Below, piece by piece: positions 11,674 to 23,870 of a stretch of 64,000 nt of DNA (positions are counted from its first letter, which is position 1; each line of letters begins with the position of its first letter). The notes below the pieces were generated by a model. That model was given only the letters and a program-made list of their open reading frames with translations, had not been told where the DNA came from and did not search any database. The position numbers and the translations under genes were made by a program. The DNA is from Vicugna vicugna (taxonomy: Eukaryota), in NCBI GenBank assembly GCA_013265495.1, contig MU058919.1, forward strand, positions 2,170,001-2,234,000, written 5' to 3'.

Positions 11674-12376
11674 TTAATAGTCACTGATTCTTACCTCAAG
11701 TCTCAAATCTCCTGACTTATGAGAAAATGTAACAATTGTCCATTAGTTTTAGACATGCAAGTATACAGATACACCCTCAAATGTTATATTTTCCTTTGCT
11801 CCTCCCAGCCTCCAGTCCCATACAAGAAATGAAAGGCTCTTTCTTAATATACCTTCAAATTCATGTTTCTTTGTACATAGAGATGTGACCGTGTCTAAGG
11901 TGCCCTGAACCAATTTTTAAATTGATTTGAATGAGAGGTAGGAAATTAAATACTAATGTTGCCCAATATTATATTCTTTTTTTTCTTTACAATATTTTGG
12001 GCTTACCTTTTATATCTTAATCGTTTTCTTCTTCCACATTTATTTTTTCCACTTAAAGCTAAATAACACAAAATGAGACCAAAGTGGAAATATCTTTTTA
12101 AATTATCAGTATTACCCCCTAGAATTTTGCTTTATGAAAATATTTTAAAGCTATTACTCATGTTGAAGTTTGAGCATTCATTAATACATGTATTTTGTGC
12201 AAAATTAGCAAACTCCACATTCCCGGTTTGGCTGTTATACACACAAATTAATGAATACACTTTAATGAATTTGGTTAATACGCAGCAGTTTAAGATCCAT
12301 TTTGTATTATTAGCACAGAAATGTTCCGCATTGAATGCTGCTGAATCAGAATGCTGTGTTTGCCTGGGAAGGCTGT

Positions 12377-12402
12377 CACACACACACACTCACACACACA
12401 CT
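12377..12402. repeat. Interrupted (CA)n microsatellite
   Basis: Directly visible. Confidence 0.9.
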
Positions 12403-14629
12403 TCACAATAATGTAAAGCTAAGATTTTCATAATTATCATAATTCACTCATTAAGATATTAGCAAACTGTCGCATCCACAATAAGATTCTCCATGCACGG
12501 AATTTTCCATCTTTTGCCTGCACCCGAGCTATACATGCGGTGCCAGCGCCAGAGAGTGTAAACGGAAACCCTATTTCTGCATTTTATTAGCAAATTTTGC
12601 AAACTACAAACAGCTTGAGTGTTGTATAAATTTATGGTTGTACTTGCACATTTGTGATGGTGGTTTTCGGCATGCAAGTTTTATCTAAGAGCTTTTACTT
12701 GGAACTGCACAGAGCAATTCCAAAACCTCAAAACTAAAGGAAAATAAAATTGAAGTGCCTTTACAATTGAGTGATTTATACATTAAAGTATTTATTTTAA
12801 AACAAGATTAAAAATACTGCACTCCTAGAAACATTCTCTCCTGGTAGAAGCCACTCAGATGGAAAATTTCATCTATTTCAAACTGATTTTTTGCCTGAAT
12901 GACTCTCACATATTTTCCTAAAACCTGGTCCATGTCAAATGATTTATTCTGCTTTAACAATGCTGTGCAAGTAGCCAGGAAGATTCAAGTGTTGAAGGGG
13001 TAGAAGGCAGTTGTCCAATTAGGTGTTTGACTGTATTTTAATTTTTTAATGCTTATATGTACTTACTCTTTTCTTAGCTTCTGATTTCCTACTCAGCAGC
13101 ACTTTCTTCTAGATGCTGATTTCTGCATATTTCTGTCCGAGGACTACTGAGCCAAATTTGAACCACAGAGTGCATTTTAGATCAAAATTCCACATACGGA
13201 TAAGGTGGGAAATCCATTTTCCTACAGTTTAAGAGCTAATAGCGGGAGCTCAGGTACGGTGTACAAAGGGCGCTCATATTTCCAATGTCCTTCCCACAGT
13301 ACCCCCCACCCTCCACAGTGCGGTACCCCCGATGCGGCCACACTGCCCCTAGCAATAGAGATGCTCTGCATCTCATCAGAGTTGATTGGTCTAAACAAAG
13401 CTACCTGGGTCCAATACACAGGGCCATTTTTCAGTTAGATAATTTATGCTTTCTCTTCAGATTTTTCTTTCTCTTAATTAAAAAATACGTATTTTTTTGC
13501 TTCAACTATTTTTGCCAGTGACTCACCATCCTCTGTGGTAACAGACACTGTTTTTGAAAACTGATTTTTAAAGAAAACAAATAGCATGTAAAAATTTCTT
13601 ATGGAAACAACTGCCAGGTGGAAAAGTTAATGGGAGGCTGTTATTCTCTGAATGGGTTCATGTCATGATCTTAAAGTTAACAAGATAAAGAATGTGGTAT
13701 AACTTCCAATTTATGATCTCTAGTAGTATGTGAGAAAGCTACAAAAGTAAGTCTAAACTTTGATATTTGGATTTTTTTTTTTTTGGCTATGGGAAAAAGA
13801 TGCTAATGATAGCAATGGCTGTTGAGTTTTCTCTAGGGCTAGACCCTTAGCTATTTTGATTCTACTCAACAAATCAGAGCCACCATTATTTTTCTACATA
13901 GCAGTACCAAAACAAAACAAAACAAAACCAAACCCTGCAGTTCAGACTAGGTTCTGACTTTGGCCCATGCACACTCACGTAAAAATTCCTTAAGTGAAGG
14001 AGTTTGGAGCTTCCTGTGACAGCACTGGGCCAGCCATAGAGAAGGGTGATGTGGCCAGTTAAGCCCATCCCCAAATGGCCACCAAACTGTCATCAGAAAA
14101 TGGAAAAAGCATGAAGTCTCAAGCTTCTTTCTTTATAATGCCTCATTTGGAATAAACAGGTCATCAAGAAAAAGAATTCCTTTTTGCTGCTCTGACTCAT
14201 GCATGCCATCCAGGGATTAGAAAGAGATAATCTGCTAACACTGTTAACCAAAGGCTGCTATGCCCCTGTTACCTCAGTACTATTTTAACATTCCTAAATT
14301 CCAAGATACTTGTTTAATTAAAATGAAAAATGAAATTATTATCCTCCCTAGAAAGTCATATTTGTCTCTTTCCAGCTGTTTGGTAACTTATTTTTAACTT
14401 TGTAAAGTCACTTGTTTATAATTTAAACTGAAGTTTAGTTAGTGCACAACTTGCTTACCTGTACACAGGAGCTAATTTGTAATGAGAGACGAGAAAGATA
14501 ACTAAGTACCACCAACTCTTGTGAAGAAAGAATTAACAGACCTCGGCCCCAATTTTGGGAAATGTATGTTGTGTATACATCAGTAAGGGTACTGATGTAA
14601 ATAATAGAAGGCATTTTTACTATTTTAGG

Positions 14630-15070
14630 CAGAAAGGGATGCTATATAGGGAGTTAGAACCTTAAACATTCATTGGAAGACTTAGAAGAAGAGCAGGCTC
14701 TCCACTGACCTCCAGGAATGACTCTGAGAACAATTTTGCAGAACCTAGCTTCCAGAGGATTCCACTGAATAAGGAAGCTGCAGCTGTAACTGCCACCCCC
14801 AGGATCACTGCAGATCTCTGATTTTAGCTGCTTTCCAGGGATCAGGAGGCCACCACTGCAGTTATTAGCTCTAGAAAGTCACCACTTAAGCTGCAATCTG
14901 CTGATGAGAAATTGCAGCCAGGACTCTTGATTTCAGGGCCATGCTGTGCCTACTAAATGCACAAGAGGAAACTGGGTGTCTCCTGTATCCCTGCCTCTCC
15001 CTCCACTGAACTCAGTGAGTTCACACTGGTTTCTTTAGCTGCAAGGGAGTCTGGGAAATGTAGGTTTTGT
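14630..15070. mobile_element. Old LTR remnant (MaLR/ERVL-like)
   Basis: Contains gctgcaagggagtctgggaaatgtag, typical of old MLT1-type LTRs; subfamily uncertain. Confidence 0.4.
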
Positions 15071-15343
15071 TTTGTTTCAATTTTCTAGTTTTTTCAATCC
15101 AAGAAAGCATGCTAGCAGATCAGAACATCACTGAGATAGTCAGTTTATCAAATCTAACCCCCAAACCCATAGACTTTCCACTATGTTAAGCATGCATAAA
15201 ATCCTTCATAATTTCTTTGCTTTTTTAAAATTGGTGCTATTCCTTCTTTTATCTTTTTTGGGATCTTACACACAGTTATTGTAAAGTCATTTTGAGATTG
15301 CTCTACCATTTCCATCTTGCCGGGAGTAAATCAGTCTCCTGAT

Positions 15344-15853
15344 CTAATAGGCAGAATAATGTCCCCTTACAAAGGTGTTTACTTCTTAATCCTTGGAACC
15401 TATAAATATGTTACATCACATGGAAAAGGGGGAATTAAGGTTACAGATAAAACTGAGGTTGTTAATCAACTGACTTTAAGACAGAGAGATTATTCTGGAT
15501 TATCTTGGTGGGCCCGATGTAATCACAAGGGCCCTTAATGTGGAAAATGGATGCAGAAGAGGGACTCAGTGTGATGCAATGTGAGAAGAACCTGACCCAC
15601 TGTTGCTGGCTTTGAAGATGGAGGGAGAAGCCATGAGCAAAGGAACGCAGGCAGCCTGAAGAAGCTGGAAAGGGCAAGGAAATGGACTCTCCCCTCGAAC
15701 CTGCAGTAAGGAGTCAGCCTGTTAGAACCTGTTAGATTTGAACACACTGAGCCCCATCCAGTCTTCTGAACTACAAACTCATAATACATTTGTGTTGCTC
15801 GAAGCCACTAAGCTTGTGGTAATTTGTTATAGCAGAAACAGGGAACTGATACG
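15344..15853 (+). mobile_element. MLT1D-like MaLR solo LTR
   Basis: ggattatcttggtgggcccgatgtaatcacaagggccctta ... aagccactaagcttgtggtaatttgttatagcag...aactgatac. Confidence 0.88.
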
Positions 15854-18800
15854 TCTGACACAGATTGTGGGCTTTTCTGAGAGCTGCTTTTTTGTCGTGA
15901 GCTTTGACGTGTCAGCTTGCAGGTGCATCCTGAGTGGGTCTCCCCCTCTCTGTCTACTCTCCGACCCGGTCTACCTGTCTGTGGACACTAGGAAGCTTCC
16001 TGGGTCCCCAGGTCTTAACCTGGTTATTCAGCGTCCATTTCCACGATGATACTGGCACTGTCCCAGAGCCAGCCACCGGACCAGTGGACGAGTGCTGCCA
16101 GCGCTGTTCCCTCTGCTTCTTTCTGCCACTGTCACAGTCAGTGAATGGCAACTAGGGCTTTCTCTGGCTCCTTTCACATATTAAAACTCTGACCCAGCCC
16201 TTAGTCATCTGCAGAAAGCCCAGCTTTGGTCCCCAACTGTACATAGGATGCTCCTGTCCAGGTTACCTCACAGGAATCAAATCTTTACCCCCTGCCTGCT
16301 TCAGTGCTCAAAGCCCCATAGACTTCTGGCTAATGATGCGCTTTCTGCTTTGTAGTTCTGTTTCTGGACTGTTAGGTTGGTTAGGTCATTTTTTAGCATG
16401 ACCATACTTTTACATTTGTAATATATATTTAATATTTAATTGGTAAAATGCTTATGAAACGCTGGCTGCGTATTTTGTTACTGCTGTGTTTGGAGCAGAG
16501 AGGAAGAATTCCACGCGCCACCTTTATCACAAGACCACCGTATGTCGTACGCATGATTAACATTTCACAGAACGCCACATCCCGGTTTTTCACGTTTTAG
16601 CTGAAGAGAAAATACAGTGAGGGGTTAGATATTTCCATTGCTCTCAGTGATTTGCTTTCTGTATTCTCAGGGATGTCACTTCCTCTAACAAATAATAGTC
16701 TCCTGGCAGAAGCTGGGCTGGTTGAAAATTATAAGAGAAAGTTTCATTGTATTGCACCTTAAAGTGGTGGTTCCAGAAATTCATCTTAAAACTTGCTATT
16801 TCAGGAAGTTGGCTCAGCTCCTCTGCTTTTTCTGTAGTCCATCAATTCCATAAATTGGCTAGGCGTTACCAGAGGATGACTGTTAGGGTCAGGAGAGGGG
16901 AAGAACAGAACGCCAGGTGTTACATTAAAAAAGGTGGCATAAGTTCCTGGTTTAGTCATGTACTTTAAGACTGTGGAGAATAGCTGTTCGCAGTTAACAC
17001 CACAAGTGCTCATTAAACTGGTTTTCTGTTGGGAATGATTCCCCCAGAATGTCTCGGGCTATCAAGTAGCTGAAATTCTATCAGGATTATGATACCCACT
17101 GAGTTACAAGTTAGAAGAAATGATACTTGAAATAAAGGCTTTGCAGGCAAATTAAAATAGTAATAATTTCAGTTAATGTAATGGTATCTTTTTTTCTAAA
17201 TCCCTTAATATCATTCAGCCAAAATTACATATTTGGAAAAAAAAATGAGCTACTAAAGAAGATTTCCTTATTGTGTGTAATATGCCTGAAGGCACATTGC
17301 AGATGTAATTCAGATGCCTGGACACAGAGGAAGATGGCTCTGATGATGACATTGTGCAATAGAACTACATTTTAGTCACGAGTAGTCATAATGTAAAGTT
17401 ACTTCCCAGGAAAAGGAAGCTGGGACGATGCCACAGCTTCCCGCAGTAAGCTCTGTAACCCTGGCTACACTCTGGAGATCACATAACTACATGAGCAGCC
17501 TTCTCCGTCAGCCCCCAAACCTTGCAGATCCCATTTTGATATCTACGATCTCAGTATTTCACAAGCGATGGTGCTTGTTTTCCTGAGATTCAGTCGAGTC
17601 TCTTGCCTCCTTTGTTTAGTTTACGCCAGTGTGGAATCCTCTTCACCAGTTCGTGCTGGCTCACCCCTGACTCATCTACAGACGAACATAACCCCAAGCC
17701 ATTTCTTGAGGCGAAAGGAGAATTAGTTAAACCAAACATGAATCATCCTGTGTATAAGTAGGAGTAACTGAAGGGCTTTCTCTTTCCTTTTACCTTGCTG
17801 AGCTGCATGTTATCTATCAATCTATCAGGTAAAGCATCTACATTTACTACAGTCCAGTGGCCACAGGCTCTTGCATAGAATTTCGAAAAGGTTCACATGG
17901 GATCTTGATAAATGACTCAAAATCAAAACTTAAGGACACTGTATACTGATTTGTGGTCTAACTCAGGTGAGTAAATCTGGGATTTTTTTTTAATGTCAGG
18001 CAGATTTCGTAGACCAGACTGGCAAAGGCTCATATAAAAGTAAGTTTCTTGGTGTTAACCCCTTCTCTCCCCAAATCCCACGGTTTCTTTCCTTGCCTTT
18101 GCTGGCTCAGGGGTCAGATGCCATCACCTCTGACATGCTGATTTTAGAATTCCTGAGATAAAGGCTCAAAATCCATCTGGGCCACACTGTCGTGAGCTCT
18201 GCTTTCTTACCGGCCTCCGAGCTCACCAAGGTGCCTTCTCCTTCAACGAGTTCAATTCCCTGTCCAGCCTCCCATTTTCTCCTTACACTGGGCTAAGTGC
18301 ATTCCACTGGGGTGGCTGGGACAGCGGAAGCTTCTGGGGAAGCCTGAGCTCCCAGATAGGCTTCTTGCCTGGTGAGTCTGGGTTCACAGTCCAGTCTCCC
18401 TAGTGGCCTGCGGTCTGTTTACGCCTATCTCCCCAAACCCTCAGGGCCAACTTCATGATCGCTTTCCAGTTACGTCTCAGCACTAGCAAAGCACAGCTGT
18501 GGACTCTAGCCCACTATCTGGCCAGGGTGGTCACTGGCTTGGGCCTCATACATCCAAGGGGGAGCCCGGAGCTGGGAGAGCAAAAAGGAACAAACAGTTG
18601 TCTCTCTGGCCTTGGTCAAGTCTCTCCGACTATTTCCAGACACTTGGAGAGGCGCTCAGTGTTCAGGATCAGCTCCGGGCTCAGTTCTTTCCAGAAGACA
18701 GAGGAAGATGAAGACCCATTCCCAGCTTCAGGCTGGGCTTTGTAAGAAGCCTCCACCTCACTGCAGAGGCTGGGCGAGGAACCTGCAGAACAGGCGAGGC

Positions 18801-19039
18801 CCTCGCTTTTGTTTGACCCTTAGAAGGGCCCACTGAATAATGGCTGAGAACTAGCTAAGAGGAGGCGACAGCTGGCACCCGCAGGCGTAACCAACACCAG
18901 ATACTGTACAAGGATCAAGCTGTGGGTTTTTAGACAACACTGTCATACACAGAGCAAGGCCAAGAACTAGGCTAAGCTGGGATGGTACCGAGTACCTGCT
19001 GACCTCTTACCATTTCTTGATACCAGGGAGCTGCCTTCT

Positions 19040-19157
19040 GGGGTCTAGCTCAGCAGCAGAGTGCATGCTTAGCATGCATGAGGTCCCGGGTTCAAGTACA
19101 TGCTTGAGGTCCTGGGTTCAAGCCCCAGTACCTCCACTAAAAAACAAAAACAAAAAC
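19040..19157 (+). mobile_element. Camelid tRNA-Ala-derived SINE (vic-1 type) with internally duplicated B-box
   Basis: tagctcag...agagtgcatgcttagcatgcatgaggtcccgggttcaag...ccccagtacctcca followed by an (AAAAAC)n tail. Confidence 0.85.
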
Positions 19158-19539
19158 AGAGATCTGCCTTTCTGTCTTTACTTTCCGTGTGAAACAAAGA
19201 TGACAGATATAATCCTTTCTCCCCTCACGAGAGAAAGGGTCTGTGCAAATATCTGTTTAATCAGTTTAACTGCTTGCTCATCACGCTGTATGTGTGTAGC
19301 CTTCCACGCGCGATGGGGAAGGAAATGGAGAGACAGTCAGTGTCCTGGAAGAGTCCTGCTCTCAGTAGCTATGATCGGTCACACGTGAGCCAGTGCCCCT
19401 TCCTTTGCACTTTGTTCCTCTGCAAAGAGGGATGACAGTAAAAACACTGTGCTGACTTCCTGATTTTGTGGGGAGGAGCAGGTCGGAAAAGGGATGTGTC
19501 AAGCTCTCAGAAAAGAAGTTTACAAACGTGTTTAAAAAA

Positions 19540-20230
19540 TACCTAGTGAGCGGCAGGCTGTGTGCCAAGCCCCGTGCTAGGCCCTGGGGATCAGAGGTGA
19601 AGAAGACAGCCACCTGCCTCCTGGAGACCAACACTCCCAGCCGTTGAGAGGTGAAGTCACTGCCCACTCGGGACATAACATTATTATGAGTATGACCCTC
19701 TGTAGTGACTTTAGTGCAGTGTCCATATTGCTGCAGGGTTACTTATTTTCGAGTCATGGCCCATTGTTTTTGTCCTTCCACCTCTACCTAGTTTTTCCCT
19801 TGTACCTTCTTGCAAAACTGGAGGTAGTGCCTGGGGGCCACAGGGGACAGTTGGTGCTGGGAGATGTGTCAGTGAGCAGGGAAAGCATGCCGGCAGAAGG
19901 GACCTCTAGCTGAGACCCGAAGGCTGAGCTGGATTTGATCAGGCCAGAGAGGGTTGGAAGTGATCGAGGAAGAAGCCAGGCTGAGAGGAAACAGCACGTG
20001 CAAAAGCCCAGGGATGGGAGAGAACACGGACTTTTGGAGAAATGTGAGTGATAAGGGGTGACTGGGATAAAGAATCCAGTAGATGGAAGGGAAGGATGGG
20101 AACATGATGAACACTTTCAGGTATCTGGATGACAGGCAGACGGAGGGGAGATGAGCAGCTAACTAGCTCTAGGGGGCAGAACCAGAACCAAAGGGTGGAA
20201 ATTCCAGTGAAAAGGACATTGACCAAAAGT
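19540..20230 (-). mobile_element. L2 LINE fragment
   Basis: Antisense L2 tail (ggctgtgtgccaagccccgtgctagg) followed by purine-rich L2 body. Confidence 0.6.
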
Positions 20231-20264
20231 TAAATTACAGTAATGATTTCCACTCACATATCCC

Positions 20265-20445
20265 TTACCATATGTCAGACACTGTGTTAAGGGTTTTACA
20301 TCCATTATCTTGTTGGCTCCTCTGAACAACCCTATGAGGTAAATGCCACAAGGAAACAGAGACAGAGAGGTTAAGCCAACTAGCTCAGGGTCGCACGGTA
20401 AGGACAGGACAGAGCCGGGGTTCCAAAGCTGGTGCTCTTAGTCAC
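20265..20445 (-). mobile_element. MIR SINE
   Basis: aacaaccctatgaggta...aggaaacagagacagagaggttaag...ctcagggtcgcac. Confidence 0.75.
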
Positions 20446-20589
20446 CAGCCTCAAGGTGCTTCCTTGTGAGAACTACATTGTAACAGTGCAAATGCGCATC
20501 TGTGAAAGCTTCCCATCACTGCAGGTGTTTGAGCATTTGGTTGGGATGCTGCAGAGAATCCAGGCATCAAGGAGAAAACAGTAACTTAC

Positions 20590-20638
20590 TGAGGGTCTTC
20601 CCATTGTGAGATTCAGGCATTCGGTGGTGTATCAACAG
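20590..20638 (-). other. Candidate 49-nt minus-strand exon
   Basis: Acceptor ggtttacatatccag| (moderate) and donor TCA|gtaagt. Confidence 0.2.
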
Positions 20639-22196
20639 CTGGATATGTAAACCAGCCCTCAAAGTCAACCACCCTCTGCATGCGGGGCCGCTTCGTTGTC
20701 TTGTGTGTAACGGGCCCTCGCGGGGTACCTTTAAAGGGGATGTTCCGCGTCTCCCTCATTGCAGGAGAGAGGGGTCTGGTGAGCACTGAAAGGGAGGCAG
20801 AGTGAAATGGACCGAATTAGGGCAGCTCAAACCTCCAATGAAGACATGCATCTTTCACAAACATCTGCTTTAGCTAATGCTGGCCTTGGGCAGTATTAAA
20901 TTATGTATTCAGCTCTTAAACTATCACAGATTCATGTTTCAAGAACATAACCGTGAGAAAATACTGCACCAGTAGCAGAAACAAAACAGCCTTGCTCACT
21001 TCGCATTAAACAATTTTTTGGTGGATTTCTATAGTCATTCTTCATTTTCTTTCAAATTAAAGGGCATTGTGGGAGACCAAATAGGTTAGAGTGCATAAAA
21101 TTTTTTTGTGTGTATTGACTTACTGAAAAAAAAAGAATAAAAATTGCCCCTTTTGCTCACCATTCAGTGGAGGATATCCAAATAACAACAAAAAATTACA
21201 CAACGAATTCGGGAATCTTAGAGGCAGAGAGAACTTAGAGGGCACTTCGATGCATTTTCTAGAATGTGGGAACTGCCTGTTATTTATAATGAAGTGCTCC
21301 GCTGAAGCGTTAAATCGTGATCTTCTCGATACGTACCCTGCGTAGCCCAACTCCTATCCGTCCCAGCATTTTCTTAACACAGGAAGAGTCTTAGACTATC
21401 ACAGTGTGAGGACTTTACTTGTGAATCTTAAAGAGAGACAGAAAGACAGGGATTGGCGGGGGAGACAGAGAGATGCTGGGGACAGATGAGGGCGGAGGAC
21501 CCTCTTTTATCATCCACCCTGACAGATTTAGAGGTGAGCAGTCAGAAAGTAGCATTCGGAGTTTACCAAGACGTGTGCTTCCCAGAAACCCCAATAAAAT
21601 AAAACACTGAGTCATCAACACAAGTGTGCTTTGCAAAGGCAGCCCGAGGTCCTCGAACGCTGATGGAAGGTACTCTCCCTAGTGCTAATGGGCACAGGGG
21701 TTGATCTCAGGCAGAACTCAGAGCTGATTCTCCTCTACATTCAGTTGAGCAAGATATTTTCATTCCCTCTCCCCTTCCTCACCCTCCAAACACATAACAG
21801 CTTTCACGTCCCTTAAGTACTTGCTCAATTAAAACCCCGCATTCCAGACGCTTTCTGGTTCTTTCCTTTCTTTCATGAAGGGAAAAGCTCCTCTCTCACA
21901 TAGGTATCCACAATATGCGCAGAGCATTTACTCTTAAAAGGCTGTGATAAACCGAATTTTTGAAAATAACATTCAGTGTCATTACTTTTGCAACAGTCCT
22001 TTCCTATTTTACTCCTTCCATAAATATTTACCTAAATTTTTGGATCATTCTTGTTTAAAGAAAGATACACCAGTAGCCTTATATAAAAGAATTTTTCTGG
22101 CAACTTGAAAATGCAGTTATTTATAATAAACGGATAGCAAGGATTTTACAATAAGGGCCGCATACGTAACAAAGGATCTCAACTGGTATAATCATG

Positions 22197-22430
22197 TCAA
22201 GGAGCGGGCAGGTGGGCAGGCGGGCAGGCGACTTTTCTTAAATAGAATTCAACCCACTGGCACCAGCCATGGTCCAAATAAGGGAATGGCTGTGGGTCAG
22301 AGCCTCGAAGACAGAGCTGTTCGGGGACAGTTTCGGCGGTGGTGAACTGCGAGCACCTCTGCTCATCTCCTCTCTGGTCTAACGCGCATGCGAGAAGTGT
22401 TGATCTTTGCCAGCTGGCGTGAAACACAAC
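22197..22430 (-). other. Candidate exon (5' part) of the minus-strand transcript
   Basis: Strong acceptor gagtttaattcatcttctcctacag| at 22431; one frame is open to TGA at 22199-22197; 3' end of the exon not determined. Confidence 0.4.
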
Positions 22431-23318
22431 CTGTAGGAGAAGATGAATTAAACTCAGCAGAAGCGCGCTTGCTCCCGGGGCTGCTGAGGAGGCAGGAAGG
22501 AGTTTGGTGTGGGGCTCAGCGGGACCCATGATGTCTGAGGTGGGCAGGTGGAGTGATGCTGGGCTGCGCCCAGAGGCCTTCGGAGGCTGGGACTTCGGGC
22601 CTGACCCCAGGCGTGCCCAGCAGCAGTGTCTCCTACCAGCCAGGACTTCTGGACACCTTGATGCCTCTGTGCCTGGGAAGAAGTGGCAGGAGGAGGTGGA
22701 GAAACCAATCAAGGCTCTTTTGACAATGACATTTCTTTGGAAGGTCTTCCACTGGTTTGCATGGCTGAACATCGCTCTATAGTATCATGCATGTCAAGCT
22801 GTCCAAACTCACACTTTATCAAGCACTTTATTCCTCCAAGTCAGCACACAATCTGAGATCTGTAAAACAGTCTGCCAATATTTTGTTTCCTTCTCTCTCC
22901 CCTAAAGCCATTTTTTTTAGGTTGCATATTCGGGCATGTGCGTTAAAACTGAAGGCATCTGTCAAAAATGTTTCGTTTAACATGGTCTTTGTGTGTATCT
23001 TTTCATGGCCCGGGAACTGTTTTATTTTCCTTTACTGTTTGTCTTCTCCCTTCATCTGGCAAAGACCAAGCCATCCCATCCACCTCCAGTGATTTAGAAC
23101 AGAGAGGAAATTAATATCAGGGCTTTGTTTAACAGCGGCACTACATCTGCCATTAGACAACTTTTACTTCCTCTCTGAGTAGCAGGGAAACTGTCTTTCC
23201 TCAACCGAAATGTCAAATGAACACAGTCCTTAAATAAGAACACGAATTTGACCTTTACCGGATGTCTTTATTCCTTAACATTCTTCAAAGATACACACTT
23301 GAAAAAGTGAAGGCTTAC

Positions 23319-23428
23319 GGATACCCAGCATGGATGCTTCATCGTCTGTCGCTTCCAAGTGGCCAGCGGCTTTCTTCTGTGAACAGAACGACGATTTCCC
23401 ACGTTGCAGCGCATAATTATTTATTCAC
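23319..23428 (-). other. Candidate exon of the minus-strand transcript
   Basis: Acceptor ttatttccctgctctcctag|; donor TCC|gtaagc (alternative TGG|gtatcc 6 nt earlier); stops in all three frames at its start, then ATG at 23414. Confidence 0.4.
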
Positions 23429-23544
23429 CTAGGAGAGCAGGGGAAATAATTTTTTAAGCTAAAAACACAGAATGGGTTGTTTCTACCACGAACTCCCCAC
23501 AAAAGCAGGAATCTTACTTCGTAAGTAGAACCAGACCCCCACTC

Positions 23545-23691
23545 NNNNNNNNNNNNNNNNNNNNNNNNNNNNNNNNNNNNNNNNNNNNNNNNNNNNNNNN
23601 NNNNNNNNNNNNNNNNNNNNNNNNNNNNNNNNNNNNNNNNNNNNNNNNNNNNNNNNNNNNNNNNNNNNNNNNNNNNNNNNNNNNNNNNNNN
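23545..23691. other. N-run (147 nt) in CpG-rich non-repeat context
   Basis: Directly visible; the minus-strand flank reads N|gagtggggg, compatible with a gt-gagt donor at the mask edge. Confidence 0.98.
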
Positions 23692-23870
23692 GAGAGTCCA
23701 AAGCCCGGCCCTGAGAAACGCAGCCCAAGGCCAGAGAACCACGCCACACGATCGGGAGAGAGGAAACGGAGCCCCTCGACTGCAATGAGTCAGGCTGATG
23801 CGGAGCGGGTTTCGGGGGGTGGGCACAGCCCCCCGATCTGGACTGAGCCCGCGGCAGATGCACAGGATGA
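23692..23870 (-). promoter_or_regulatory. CpG-rich putative promoter or first-exon region with AP-1 site
   Basis: About 13 CpGs in 23701-23860 by manual count; TGAGTCA at 23786-23792; lies upstream of the minus-strand exon candidates. Confidence 0.45.

Noticed and set aside
13818-13885. Possible pre-miRNA hairpin (gttgagt...actcaac)
   Set aside because: Only a short outer stem pairs and the interior is irregular; it matches no miRNA I know.
17853-17966. Plus-strand exon candidates (also 38974-39163 and near 7790-7980)
   Set aside because: 17853-17966 has stops in all three frames; all three candidates are isolated, and the donors of the other two are weak, so they cannot be distinguished from chance splice-like signals.
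19040-19140. tRNA-Ala gene
   Set aside because: Disrupted arms, a duplicated B-box and an A-rich tail identify it as a SINE.
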